From sequence record DRR378314_685: 64,000 bases of DNA. One strand, written 5' to 3'. Positions 29,197-39,018 of the stretch are shown piece by piece. Each line of letters opens with the position of its first letter. The first letter of the stretch is position 1. The position numbers and the translations under genes are program-made. The notes beneath the pieces were generated by a model, which did no database searches, had not been told where the DNA came from, and saw only the letters and a program-made list of their open reading frames with translations.

Positions 29197-29484
29197 CTAT
29201 GGGGCTTCCGATAGCGCCTCTATGCCGGGGATGGACTCGACCTTGGCCAGCAATGCAGGCAGCGTCTTTGCACGTGCGACGGGACGTCCGATCTCGTCAG
29301 CTATCACAAACCCGGTTTTTGACTTACTGAGGGGGAACCGGCGCCAATGGGCGCGTGTTCGGAAGATCCAGACCTGTTCAGGTTCGTGTCCCGATGCGGC
29401 CCAGCCGGTCCACATGTGATCGGCAGGCAGCTCACGCCACAGGCGGTCGATTTCCTCCAGTTCGGAAGGCGTAAAACAGCCCAT
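29197..29484 (-). CDS. Hypothetical protein (95 aa)
   Basis: Fills the gap between SDR and DMT genes; globular composition; no motif recognised. Confidence 0.55.
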   Translation of the reverse strand: MGCFTPSELEEIDRLWRELPADHMWTGWAASGHEPEQVWIFRTRAHWRRFPLSKSKTGFVIADEIGRPVARAKTLPALLAKVESIPGIEALSEAP

Positions 29485-30418
29485 GAATACTCGCCCCGAT
29501 CAGTCTCAAATCACAGACCTAGAGGGCAAGCCTGCTTCGCGCAACATTGAGGGCGCGCTCTGGATGCTGGCTTCAGGCGCCAGCTTTACCGTGTTCCTCA
29601 CCCTGTCGAAGCTGCAATCAGCGCATTTCGATCCCGGTTTCCTCGCATTTTGGCGGTCAGGTGTCGCGTTGATCGTGGTGTTGCCCGTGATCTTCCAGCA
29701 GGGGCTCAGCATCATGAAAGTGCATCAGCCGGGCATGCTGTTCCTGCGCAGCCTGTTCGGAACGCTGGGCTTTGCGGCCGGGTTTTATGCCGTTTCGGAT
29801 TCTGTCGGCCTGCCGCTGTCGGAATTCAATGCGATCAGTTTCTCCCGCGCCATGTTCGTCACAATCTGCGCGGTGATTTTCCTGCGAGAACGGGTTGGAC
29901 CCCATCGCTGGGGGGCGACGATCGCTGGATGTATCGGCGTGATGATCATGATGCAGCCGCAGCTGGGCGTCAGTCTGGGCATGGTACTGGCGCTGATCGC
30001 CGCGTTCTGCATGGCTGGGGCGATCACGCTGGTGAAGTCCCTGACGCGCCTGCACCGTCCGATGACCCTGCTGATCTGGGCGAATTTGCTCTCGTCGGTG
30101 ATGCTGTTGCCGCTCGCCATCTACACCTGGCCGGACGTGCCACCATCCCTTGCCGACTGGGGCTATATTGGCGTGATGGGGATGTGCGGCGTTATCGGAC
30201 AATATTTCTACATTCGCGGCATGAGCGTAGGCGACGCATCCTTCCTGTCGCCGATCGACTATATGCGGTTGCCGATGGCGGCGCTTGTGGATTGGGGGCT
30301 GTTCCACGTTCTGCCGGGAACCTGGACCTGGATCGGCACAATCGTGATCGTCGGCGCGACCATGTACATCACCATTCGGGAACAACGCCTCAAGCGCCCG
30401 ACGGCGCCCCCGCTCTAG
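29483..30418 (+). CDS. DMT/EamA family transporter
   Basis: About 10 TM segments; FLRERVG..RW, SPIDYMRL; start uncertain. Confidence 0.88.
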   Translation: MNTRPDQSQITDLEGKPASRNIEGALWMLASGASFTVFLTLSKLQSAHFDPGFLAFWRSGVALIVVLPVIFQQGLSIMKVHQPGMLFLRSLFGTLGFAAGFYAVSDSVGLPLSEFNAISFSRAMFVTICAVIFLRERVGPHRWGATIAGCIGVMIMMQPQLGVSLGMVLALIAAFCMAGAITLVKSLTRLHRPMTLLIWANLLSSVMLLPLAIYTWPDVPPSLADWGYIGVMGMCGVIGQYFYIRGMSVGDASFLSPIDYMRLPMAALVDWGLFHVLPGTWTWIGTIVIVGATMYITIREQRLKRPTAPPL

Positions 30419-30419
30419 A

Positions 30420-30950
30420 TCAGGCGGTTTCTTCCGGGCGGACGGCGCCGCGCCACGTCGCGCCGGCGGCCACAAAACTGGCCACGGCCATGACGCCCGC
30501 AATCACACCGTTCCCGCCTGCCATGGACAGGCCCAGTATATAGAAGGGCGCATCCGTACAGGAGGGGACATGCATCGGTTCGTTGAAGTCGCGGATGACG
30601 AGCGGGTCGATCGGCCCTTCGCCGCTGCATCCTTCTGGCGGTGGCAACAGGCCCCATTCCACGCCGGCATGGTAGAAGGCGACGATCACGCCCACAATGA
30701 AGGCGAGGCCGATCATCACGTTCAAGGCCACGAGGAAGCGCCGCTTCGGGATCAGCCGCCACAGGACCAGTCCCGTAACTGTCATGGCGATCAACGCCCA
30801 ATAGACTTCACGTTGCCGCAGGCAGAGCGGGCAGGGGGCGAGACCGCCAAATGTCTCAAAGGCGTGTGCGGCTGCCAGCATGAGGGCAGACAGCGTCATC
30901 GCCACGAGTGGCCATTTCCAGTCTTTCAGAAGGGATCTCACAAAATCCAT
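30420..30950 (-). CDS. dsbB: Disulfide bond formation protein B family
   Basis: PCPLCLRQR, YHAGVEWG, second Cys pair, LGLSMAG. Confidence 0.88.
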   Translation of the reverse strand: MDFVRSLLKDWKWPLVAMTLSALMLAAAHAFETFGGLAPCPLCLRQREVYWALIAMTVTGLVLWRLIPKRRFLVALNVMIGLAFIVGVIVAFYHAGVEWGLLPPPEGCSGEGPIDPLVIRDFNEPMHVPSCTDAPFYILGLSMAGGNGVIAGVMAVASFVAAGATWRGAVRPEETA

Positions 30951-31015
30951 GCGTCAGCTAAAGCCGGGCAACAGCATGACCACAATGCGGCGCAAGGTCA
31001 CTTTGTCGTTATTTG

Positions 31016-31621
31016 TCAGCCAAACAGGCTGACCGCGCCGAACATGACCGCACCGGCCAGGCCGCTGACCCATGCCGATCCGATGATCAATCCGGCGATG
31101 ACCATGAGCCCGTCTTTCTGCATCAGGCCGAAAGAGGCGATCGCCACGGCAAAGCCTGGCACCGTGTTGGTCATCGGCAATGGCACGAGAATCGACGCAC
31201 AGAAAATGCACAGGAACAGGCCGATCACCCGCTCGGAGCGCTTGCCGGTGATCATCGTGAAGCGCGGGCGAACAATCCGCTCGATCCAGCCGAGCCACTT
31301 GCGACCGCCCGCCGCCATCTGCGTCAGGCCTTTGCGGTCGATTTTCCGGTTGCCCAGCTTGTCCGGCATCCAGGGCTGTTCCCGCCCCATTGCCATCTGT
31401 GCGGCCAGCGCCATCATCGGCAGGGACACGATTTGCGGCACGCCATAGAGAAACGGAATGCAGCAGGGCAGGGCCAGCAGGAAAAGGCCCGCGCCAAACG
31501 CGCTTTCATCCAGCTGGTCAAAGATGGCGCGAAGGGAAAACCCTTCTTCTGGTGCACGTTCGGCCAGCGCCTCGATGGTCTGCAGCAGTGTCTTTTCGGA
31601 CGGAAACTCGGTGGAAGTCAT
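31016..31621 (-). CDS. ExoD family membrane protein
   Basis: LLALPCCIP, QMAMGR..PWMP, PLPMTNTVP, QKDGL. Confidence 0.87.
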   Translation of the reverse strand: MTSTEFPSEKTLLQTIEALAERAPEEGFSLRAIFDQLDESAFGAGLFLLALPCCIPFLYGVPQIVSLPMMALAAQMAMGREQPWMPDKLGNRKIDRKGLTQMAAGGRKWLGWIERIVRPRFTMITGKRSERVIGLFLCIFCASILVPLPMTNTVPGFAVAIASFGLMQKDGLMVIAGLIIGSAWVSGLAGAVMFGAVSLFG

Positions 31622-31708
31622 GGAAAAGCTGTTAGATGTCTTTGATCGCTACGTCGAGTAGATTGACATCTGCCGCAGCAATCGGCAGGAGAAGCGCTCC
31701 CGTTTTGG

Positions 31709-31795
31709 GCCTCTGTGGCGGAATTGGTAGACGCGACGGATTCAAAATCCGTTTCTGGTGACAGAGTGCCGGTTCGAGTCCGGCCAGAGGTACCA
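31709..31795 (+). tRNA. tRNA-Leu(CAA)
   Basis: Acceptor GCCTCTG/CAGAGGT + ACCA; anticodon arm ACGGA-TTCAAAA-TCCGT; long variable arm; GGTTCGAGTCC. Confidence 0.97.
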
Positions 31796-31806
31796 TCGGG
31801 AATTCT

Positions 31807-32529
31807 CTAGTACTCGTACTTTTCTATGTGCGTCAGCGTCAGCGTGTAAGCCGCATCGGCCAGATCGCTTTCCTGCGTCTGCGCGGTCAGAACACCTTCG
31901 ACCCAGACGGCTTGCGCCAGATCCTTGAGCAGGATCGGGCCTTCAGCCATGACAAACAGCGTCTGGTTCGGCGGTGGGGGAGGCGCATGAATACAGGCGC
32001 CGAAATAAGGCACCAGAAGGAATTCGGTCACCTCCGCCTTCGCGCCATATTCAAACGGCACGGTATAGCCCGGAATGCGCACTTTCTTGCCGTTCAGCTC
32101 GGGCACGGTGTTGAACGTGCCGATCTGGACCATGGCGTCCGCGGCAGAGCCTTCCGCGATGCCGCCGCCAGCGCCGTACAGCATAGACATCTGGCTCTGA
32201 TACATCTGGGCAAGGCGCTCTTCCTCGCCCTCCGGCATAAGATCTTCCCAGCCAATCTCGATCACGCCGCGAGCCTTGGCCTCAGCGGCCTGACGCTCGC
32301 GCTCTGCGGCGCGTTCGGCAATGGCTTTCTCGCGGGCGGCTTTGCGCTCGGCGTCGCTCTGGCCGATCTTGTCTCCGACTTGCGGCCCATCCGAAGCGGG
32401 CGTGGCCTCAGCCTGCTTAACGGGTTGCGCCTCTTGCGCGGTATCTTGCTGCGGCGTTTCGGCGGCGCCGCAAGCGGCCAGGGCTGTGGTGACCATAGCG
32501 GCGAAGAGGAAGGAGGAAATCTGTTTCAT
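31807..32529 (-). CDS. DUF3299 lipoprotein (ZrgD-like)
   Basis: WEDLMP, IPGYTVP, EFLLVPYFGACIHAPPPPPNQ; lipobox LAAC. Confidence 0.88.
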   Translation of the reverse strand: MKQISSFLFAAMVTTALAACGAAETPQQDTAQEAQPVKQAEATPASDGPQVGDKIGQSDAERKAAREKAIAERAAERERQAAEAKARGVIEIGWEDLMPEGEEERLAQMYQSQMSMLYGAGGGIAEGSAADAMVQIGTFNTVPELNGKKVRIPGYTVPFEYGAKAEVTEFLLVPYFGACIHAPPPPPNQTLFVMAEGPILLKDLAQAVWVEGVLTAQTQESDLADAAYTLTLTHIEKYEY

Positions 32530-32580
32530 GCGGCCCAATCTAGGACGTGAAACCGCCGCCCGCCAGTGGGCATGAGCGGT

Positions 32581-33849
32581 TTACACGCGAATTGACAAAC
32601 CATCTGCCAGAGACCGGCGAAACGCCATCCAGGCCGGGATTGCCCCTGCCAGCAGCGCCGCGCCTGTCACGGCCAGCAATGTGTAGAGGTCTGTCAGGCC
32701 AAGACCGGTTCCGATCAGGGAAATGCCAAAACGTTCCGCCACCATCGGTCCGGCGACCAGCAACAAGGCATGGATCAGAATGATGCCGACAAGCGCGCCG
32801 AGGAATCCGACAAGCCCGGCTTCCAGAACGAGCAGGGTGAAGATGTGACCGGGCCGTGCGCCCACGGCGCGAAGGATGGACATTTCCCGGCGGCGCTCAT
32901 TCAGGCTGGTCAGGATGGAGGTGAGGATCGACACCACGCCCACCGCGATCACGAAGATCGACACGGCGAGCAATGCGCGCTCGGCGATCGCGGTCACGCT
33001 CCACAATTCAGCGAGGGCCTGAGAGGGGATGATCGCCATCAGAGGCTCGCCGCGATTGGTATTGATCTCACGGCGCGTCGTCAGGATCGTGCCCTTGCGC
33101 TCCAAGCCGAGGAATATGGCGGTCACGGTTTTGGGGGTCAGGTCGAACGACCGGATGGTTTCTTCACTGATCGTATCCGCCAGTGGGTTCTTCGCGCCGG
33201 TTTCCCAGCCGACATGAATGGCGGTGATCGCCTCCAGTGAGACATGTACCGTCTGGTCCACAGGTGTGCCGGTGGGGGCAAGGATACCAGAGACACGGAA
33301 GGGGCGATTGTCGTGGCCCGATCCGAAATCTGCCTGCCCCAGCCCGTGCGAGAGGATCATCGGGCTGCCAATGTCATAGCCAAGTTCACGCGCAACATCT
33401 GCGCCGATCACAGCATCGAACAAATCGTCAAACCGCGCGCCTTCCGCCAGCGTCAAATCCTGCTGGCGACCATACTTGTAATGATCAAAATATTCCGTTG
33501 TCGTGCCCATGACGCGAAACCCGCGATGGCTGTCACCGAGGGAAATCGGCACGGCCCAGTCCACGTCCGGGCGATTGGCGATTTGCTGATAGGTGGGCCA
33601 GGAAATCTCGGCTGTGGCGCTGCCCATGCGGAATACGGAGTAAAGCAGAAGGTTCACACTTCCCGTCGGCGCGCCAACGATCAGTTCGGTGCCGGAGATC
33701 GTGTTGCCGAAACCTTCACGTGCGCCTGTGCGCGCCTTGTCGACGCCGAGGAAAAGCGCCACCGACAACGCCACCGCCAGCAGGGTCAGCAATACCGACC
33801 CCTTGCGGTTCATCAGGCTTTTCCAGGCCAGCGAAAGAATCGCGCTCAT
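32581..33849 (-). CDS. ABC transporter permease, MacB/FtsX type (ZrgC-like)
   Basis: LLLYSVFRMG, PISLGDSHRGFRV, ERRREMSILRAVGA. Confidence 0.9.
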   Translation of the reverse strand: MSAILSLAWKSLMNRKGSVLLTLLAVALSVALFLGVDKARTGAREGFGNTISGTELIVGAPTGSVNLLLYSVFRMGSATAEISWPTYQQIANRPDVDWAVPISLGDSHRGFRVMGTTTEYFDHYKYGRQQDLTLAEGARFDDLFDAVIGADVARELGYDIGSPMILSHGLGQADFGSGHDNRPFRVSGILAPTGTPVDQTVHVSLEAITAIHVGWETGAKNPLADTISEETIRSFDLTPKTVTAIFLGLERKGTILTTRREINTNRGEPLMAIIPSQALAELWSVTAIAERALLAVSIFVIAVGVVSILTSILTSLNERRREMSILRAVGARPGHIFTLLVLEAGLVGFLGALVGIILIHALLLVAGPMVAERFGISLIGTGLGLTDLYTLLAVTGAALLAGAIPAWMAFRRSLADGLSIRV

Positions 33850-34541
33850 GCGTTCACCCCTGCGCGGTTGATGTCACTCAAATCGACCGCGCGGTCGAAA
33901 TGATCAGCAAGTCCGGCATCATGGCTGACAAACAGCAGCGCCGCGCCTGTGCGCTGGGCTTCCTCACTCAGCAGGCTGATGAACTGGTCCCGTACATGGG
34001 CGTCCAGCGCAGAGGTCGGCTCGTCGGCGATCACGATTTCAGGACCACCGATCAGGGCCCGTGCCGCCGCCACGCGCTGTTGCTGCCCGACTGACAGGTC
34101 AGACACGCGCCGCGAGAGAAGGGATTCATCCGTCAGGCCCAGCCGTGCAAGCAGGCGGCGAGCCTCGTTCTCTTCCGTTCCGTCGATGGCTGCCCGCCGT
34201 TTTGGCGAAAACCGCAGCGGAAGCGTGACATTTCCGATGACGGACAGATACGGCACCAGATTGAACATCTGGAAGATGACGCCCAGATGATCTGCTCTCA
34301 GCCGGTCGCGAGTGGCAGGCTTCAGTGTCGTCAGCTCATGCCCCAGAATCTGCACGCTGCCAGAGCCTGCTTCCAGAACGCCCGCAACAATGCCGAGCAA
34401 GGTGGACTTGCCGGAGCCCGATGCCCCGCGCAAGAACAAACGCTCGCCAGCGTTCAGCGTGAACGACTCAATGTCGAGCACATCGCGGCCAAGAGCCCAC
34501 GCAAAGCGCAGATCCGAGATCGAGACGACCGGGTCCGTCAT
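33846..34541 (-). CDS. ABC transporter ATP-binding protein (ZrgB-like)
   Basis: GASGSGKST, LSVGQQQRV, IADEPT. Confidence 0.93.
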   Translation of the reverse strand: MTDPVVSISDLRFAWALGRDVLDIESFTLNAGERLFLRGASGSGKSTLLGIVAGVLEAGSGSVQILGHELTTLKPATRDRLRADHLGVIFQMFNLVPYLSVIGNVTLPLRFSPKRRAAIDGTEENEARRLLARLGLTDESLLSRRVSDLSVGQQQRVAAARALIGGPEIVIADEPTSALDAHVRDQFISLLSEEAQRTGAALLFVSHDAGLADHFDRAVDLSDINRAGVNA

Positions 34542-34542
34542 A

Positions 34543-35247
34543 TCAGGATCCGAAAGGCAGGAACGGGCTTTCCGGCGTCAGGACCGCGGAGGCGGTTTCG
34601 CCTGCTTCGCCAAGATAGACGGCCTCGACAGTCTCGAACGCGTCATAGGTCTCGAAGCCAGTGAACATGAGGCCATCCAGTTGGCTTGGCCGGCGACAAT
34701 CCCAGACAATGGAAAGTGTCATCGCGGCATGATCGCCTGACCGGCGCAGATCCGCAGACCGCTCCACCAGATCACACCCGGCATTGCCCATCAGTTCTGT
34801 CAGGCCTTCGGCATATTTTTCAAGGTCGGAGGATTTCTTCTTCGTTTTCTCCGAAAGGCCGAAATTGGCCAGCGGGGCATCAATGGAGATGGTGACGAAA
34901 TTGTTCTCCTGGGTCACGGCCAGTTCAGCCGCGCCATGCACGTGGGCTTCGCCTCCTGCGTGCTCATCCTCATGATGGTCGTGCGCGTCATGGTCGCCAT
35001 GTTCCTCATGCGCATCGTGATCATCCTCGTGGTCGGCATGTGCATCATGCTCTGCGTGATCGTCATGATCATCATGCGCCTCGGTGTCCGAAACAGGGGA
35101 GGCGTCTTCTACCGCCTCAACCGGGGGAGGCGCTGCTGCCTCGGTGGCTTCTGGCTCATAGGGCTGCTCCGCGCTGCACGCGACGCAAAGTGCCAGCCCC
35201 ATGCCTGCAAGACTCAGAAAGGCCCCCCGGCCGTATGAAAGACTCAT
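34543..35247 (-). CDS. His-rich DUF2796/ZrgA-like metal-binding lipoprotein
   Basis: His/Asp-rich tract followed by AHVHG; lipobox-like VAC. Confidence 0.83.
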   Translation of the reverse strand: MSLSYGRGAFLSLAGMGLALCVACSAEQPYEPEATEAAAPPPVEAVEDASPVSDTEAHDDHDDHAEHDAHADHEDDHDAHEEHGDHDAHDHHEDEHAGGEAHVHGAAELAVTQENNFVTISIDAPLANFGLSEKTKKKSSDLEKYAEGLTELMGNAGCDLVERSADLRRSGDHAAMTLSIVWDCRRPSQLDGLMFTGFETYDAFETVEAVYLGEAGETASAVLTPESPFLPFGS

Positions 35248-35311
35248 ATCGTCGCTCCGTTCACCCCAATCGGGATATTCAGTAAAAACAGGAAAATCTG
35301 CTCGCAAGCGG

Positions 35312-35335
35312 GATAATGGTACCATATAACACGTC
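35312..35335. promoter_or_regulatory. Candidate Zur box
   Basis: TGGTACCATATAACA (35317-35331) matches 12/15 of TGTTATAATATAACA; lies between divergent metal-uptake operons. Confidence 0.6.
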
Positions 35336-35403
35336 TTCGCAAGGCCGCAGGATGCGGTTTTTAAACCGTACCTGACTGTTACCGGACGAGCCGACCGCTT
35401 TCC

Positions 35404-36225
35404 ATGTTTGAATCCATGCAAGCCCCCCTGTTTTTTGGCTTGATCGCGGCGTTTGTCACGACCATCGGGCTGATCGCTGTCGCCATGCGCGGGGATTGGA
35501 GCGCGCGGTTTTCAGCCGTCATCGGCCTCGCTGCCGCCGGCATGCTTGTCACGCTCACCCTGTTGCACATCGCCCCGGAAGCCTTCGCCGCAAGCCCCCG
35601 GGCACCTTACTTCATGCTGGCCGGCTTTCTTGGCGGCCTGATCCTGAACTACACGCTCAGCACATTCTTTCCCGAAGGTGCGGGTGGGGGCCGCATCGCC
35701 GCCGTCACGCCGGTTCTGGCTATCGCCATCCATTCCTTGATTGACGGCGTCATTTACTCGGTCACCTTTGCCGCCAGCTTCTCGGCGGGCGTGTACGCGG
35801 CTGTATCGCTCATCCTGCACGAGTTTCCGGAAGGCGTGATCGCCTTTGCCATCCTGCGCCGCCATAATTTCACGAACCGGCAATCCTTTCTGTTCGCCTT
35901 TCTCGCTGCGTCGGCCACGACCCCTCTGGGGGTGATCCTGTCATCACCCTTCATGTACTTCCTTGGGCCTGAGGCGATTGGCGCGCTGTTTGCTGCGTCG
36001 GCTGGCCTGCTGCTCTATGTGGCGACAGGGCCCCTGATGGCGCCCCTAAAGGAAGAGCCCCCCGTGCGCAGCTTGGTCGCCCTGTCGCTGGGCGTCCTGA
36101 CCGCGCTCATTATCTCGATGCTTCCGGTTCATGATCATCACGATCACGGATCGGGACACGACCATGACCATGATCACGGCCCCATCATCATGGAAGCGCC
36201 ACGGCCCCTGCCGGACGAGATCTGA
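35404..36225 (+). CDS. ZIP family metal transporter with His-rich C-terminal tail
   Basis: IHSLIDG and LHEFPEG signatures; HDHHDHGSGHDHDHDH. Confidence 0.9.
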   Translation: MFESMQAPLFFGLIAAFVTTIGLIAVAMRGDWSARFSAVIGLAAAGMLVTLTLLHIAPEAFAASPRAPYFMLAGFLGGLILNYTLSTFFPEGAGGGRIAAVTPVLAIAIHSLIDGVIYSVTFAASFSAGVYAAVSLILHEFPEGVIAFAILRRHNFTNRQSFLFAFLAASATTPLGVILSSPFMYFLGPEAIGALFAASAGLLLYVATGPLMAPLKEEPPVRSLVALSLGVLTALIISMLPVHDHHDHGSGHDHDHDHGPIIMEAPRPLPDEI

Positions 36226-37034
36226 TGCGGGGCCGGTTTCTCGCCTTCATCCTGTGCTGCCTTGTGGCATGCCTGGCGGCGACCCTGATGTCCCAATCGG
36301 CCATCGCCCATCCCGAGGATGAGTTGTGCCTGCCGGATGGCGGCATGGACCCGGCCCTTTGCCGCGAGTTGCAGGCGCTGGACCGGGCCGGGCGCGTCCG
36401 CAGCTTTGAGGGCGGCATCCCCGGCGGAGAGATTTCGCTGGACCGGACGCCACTGGAAACCGGAATCTTCTACATCCGCATCGGGTTTGAACACATCCTG
36501 CCGATGGGCGTGGATCATATCCTGTTTGTGTTGGCGCTGTTCTTTTCAACGCGGCGGATCGGCCCCCTTCTCTGGCAGGTCTCGGCCTTTACCCTCGCGC
36601 ATACGGCGACGCTGGGCCTGACGGCGGCGGGCCTGATTGCCCCGCCTGCCAGCATTGTGGAGCCCTTGATTGCCTTCACCATCGCCTGGGCCGCGCTGGA
36701 GAACATCCTGTTCAGGGAGCCGAGCGCCTGGCGGCCGGCGCTGGTCTTTGGCTTCGGTCTGATCCACGGAATGGGGTTCGCCGGCGCGTTCGGCGATCTC
36801 GGCCTGCCGGCTGACATCTTCTGGCCCGCGCTGATTGGCTTCAACATTGGTGTCGAAATTGGCCAGTTGGCCGTGATCGGCATGGCGCTTGCATTTGCGA
36901 TCCTGATCAGGAGCGTCCTGAGGCAAGCGGGTCGGCCAAACCTTTATCGGCCGGTTCTGGTATGGCCGGTTTCGGCATTCATCGGAGTAATTGGGCTCTG
37001 GTGGGCGATCGAGCGGGCATTCCTTAACCCTTAG
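36225..37034 (+). CDS. HupE/UreJ family metal-binding membrane protein
   Basis: GFEHIL..G.DHILF, FTLAHT.TL, FGLIHGMGFA, FNIGVEIGQ. Confidence 0.9.
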   Translation: MRGRFLAFILCCLVACLAATLMSQSAIAHPEDELCLPDGGMDPALCRELQALDRAGRVRSFEGGIPGGEISLDRTPLETGIFYIRIGFEHILPMGVDHILFVLALFFSTRRIGPLLWQVSAFTLAHTATLGLTAAGLIAPPASIVEPLIAFTIAWAALENILFREPSAWRPALVFGFGLIHGMGFAGAFGDLGLPADIFWPALIGFNIGVEIGQLAVIGMALAFAILIRSVLRQAGRPNLYRPVLVWPVSAFIGVIGLWWAIERAFLNP

Positions 37035-37074
37035 CCTGTCAAAGTGCGCTCCAGTTGAACTGGACTGCGCCCTT

Positions 37075-37680
37075 ATGGCTTCACGCGACTGGATCAGACA
37101 TTTCGGATCGGCCCTGCTGGCATCTGCGCTGGCGGGCTGGATCGGCTATGCTGAATACGCGTCGGCTTTTGTCCCGCGCGCCGATGATGAGGGGCTTGCG
37201 CAGGAACAGGTTTATTCAGAAGCCGCCGCCTGGCGTGGTGCGGAAGCCAAGCAGGCGCGTAATGCCATGATCGCCTCGTGGCTTGGCGGGCTGAGTGATG
37301 CCGGGTTTGCCGAGTATTCGGTACGGCATCTGGACAAGGGGCTGATCTACGCAATCCGCTTTCGAGATCCGACGGATCGGGACGACATCAACGCCCTTTG
37401 GGTGGCCGTGCCGGATGGGCCTGACCTGCCGGCATCAGTGCGCCTGCGCACGCCGCAACAGAATGCGACCCCGAAAGCCATCCTTGAGCAGCAATCCTGC
37501 ACGAGCAGCCGGACCCTGAAAGTGTCTGAAACAGAACTGCCGCGTGAACAGGCCGAAGCCCAGGCGGTCTCGCAGCTGAGCACCTATCTGGAAGCGCCCG
37601 ATCCAATGCCGATCACCGTTCTGAGTGAGGCGCGCGATCTTTGCCGCGACATTTCGCGAATTCTACCGACGCCTGAATAG
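37075..37680 (+). CDS. Hypothetical protein with N-terminal hydrophobic segment
   Basis: Open frame filling the gap; no motif recognised. Confidence 0.55.
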   Translation: MASRDWIRHFGSALLASALAGWIGYAEYASAFVPRADDEGLAQEQVYSEAAAWRGAEAKQARNAMIASWLGGLSDAGFAEYSVRHLDKGLIYAIRFRDPTDRDDINALWVAVPDGPDLPASVRLRTPQQNATPKAILEQQSCTSSRTLKVSETELPREQAEAQAVSQLSTYLEAPDPMPITVLSEARDLCRDISRILPTPE

Positions 37681-37693
37681 CATCAACGCGTGA

Positions 37694-38986
37694 TCAGGCG
37701 AGCTTTTCGGCGGCTGCCTCGTCGGCGGCGCGCATGGTGAAGCGCTTGGTGAACTCTGTCACGCGCGGCGCGATTTCCGTGCGGAAGCGTTTGCCATTGA
37801 ACACGCCATAATGGCCGACGCCGGGCTGGACATAGTCCGTCTGCATATCTTCCGGCAGGCCGGAGCAGATATCATGAGCGGCCTGTGTCTGGCCGATGCC
37901 AGAGATGTCGTCCTTTTCACCCTCTACCGTCATCAGCGCCACATCGCGGATCAGCTCCGGTTTCACGACATGTGTGCCGCGATAGCGATAAACGCCCCGC
38001 GCCAGCTGGTGCTCTTGGAAAACGCGCACGATGGTCTGCAGATAGAATTCTTCGGTCAGGTCGAGGACTGACAGGTATTCATCATAGAATTCCCGGTGCT
38101 TGCCGACATTGTCCCCATCGCCTTCGACCAGATGGTTGAAGAAGTTCCAGTGCGCATCGACGTGGCGCGACCAGTTCATGTTCATGAACGAGGCAAGCTG
38201 GACAAAGCCTGGATAGACGCGCCGGAACATGCCGGGATAGGGGCCCGGCACGGTATGGATCATGTTCTCTTCAAACCATGACAGCGGCTTTTCCTCTGCC
38301 AGTACGTTCGGAATGGTCGGGCTGAGGCGGGTGTCGATGGGAGAGCCCATGAAAGTCATTGAGGCCGGACGGGCCGGATCATCATCTTCGGCCATCATGG
38401 CAATCGCGGCCAGCACAGGCGGGCCTGGTTGGCACACGCCCAGCACATGGGCGCCCGCGCCAAGGAAGGTCAGCATGTTGCGGATATGGTCGATGTAATC
38501 GTCCAGATCGAACCGGCCGAGCCAAACCGGCGCCATGCGTGCATCCTGCCAATCGGTGATATAGACATCATGTGTTGGCAGGAAGGCCTCAACGGTTCCG
38601 CGCAGAAGGGTGGCATAGTGTCCAGACAGGGGGGCCGCGATCAGAAGGCGCGGTTGCGGGCCCAGCTTGTCGGCATTGCGCGCAGCGGCCAGCGCCTCAG
38701 GATCCTTGCGGAAATGAACCATGTTGCACCACGGCGAACGCCAGGCGACGGTCGGCGTGACGCCCACCGGCGCGCTGTTCACGCTCACGCTGTCGATGCG
38801 CCATTCCGGCTTTCCATAATACCGCGTGGCGCTTTCGAACACGTCCGCCATTGCGGACAGGGAGCGCCCATATTCGGTATGTCCAAATGGGTTCAGCGGA
38901 GAGCTGAGCGCGGCGCGGCTGGCCCGGGCGGCGATGCGAACTGGCGCCATCGCAGCGCGGTTCATTTCAACAAGCGAGTAGAGCAT
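37694..38986 (-). CDS. phaZ: Intracellular polyhydroxyalkanoate depolymerase
   Basis: APLSGHYATLLR, GVCQP, VEGEKDDISG.GQT, VGHYGVF. Confidence 0.95.
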   Translation of the reverse strand: MLYSLVEMNRAAMAPVRIAARASRAALSSPLNPFGHTEYGRSLSAMADVFESATRYYGKPEWRIDSVSVNSAPVGVTPTVAWRSPWCNMVHFRKDPEALAAARNADKLGPQPRLLIAAPLSGHYATLLRGTVEAFLPTHDVYITDWQDARMAPVWLGRFDLDDYIDHIRNMLTFLGAGAHVLGVCQPGPPVLAAIAMMAEDDDPARPASMTFMGSPIDTRLSPTIPNVLAEEKPLSWFEENMIHTVPGPYPGMFRRVYPGFVQLASFMNMNWSRHVDAHWNFFNHLVEGDGDNVGKHREFYDEYLSVLDLTEEFYLQTIVRVFQEHQLARGVYRYRGTHVVKPELIRDVALMTVEGEKDDISGIGQTQAAHDICSGLPEDMQTDYVQPGVGHYGVFNGKRFRTEIAPRVTEFTKRFTMRAADEAAAEKLA

Positions 38987-39006
38987 CTGTCACACATCTT
39001 CCATGT

Positions 39007-39018
39007 TGCGGTGCAGCA
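39007..39018. promoter_or_regulatory. Candidate PhaR/AniA operator TGCGGTGCAGCA
   Basis: Fits the TGCRNYGCASMA-type motif I recall for rhizobial PhaR; 20 bp upstream of the phaZ start. Confidence 0.7.

Noticed and set aside
34970-35080. CAT/GAT-rich repeats
   Set aside because: Encode the His/Asp tract of the ZrgA-like protein
31709-37034. tRNA-Leu as integration site for the metal-uptake cluster
   Set aside because: No integrase, no duplicated tRNA 3' end seen, and no obvious compositional shift
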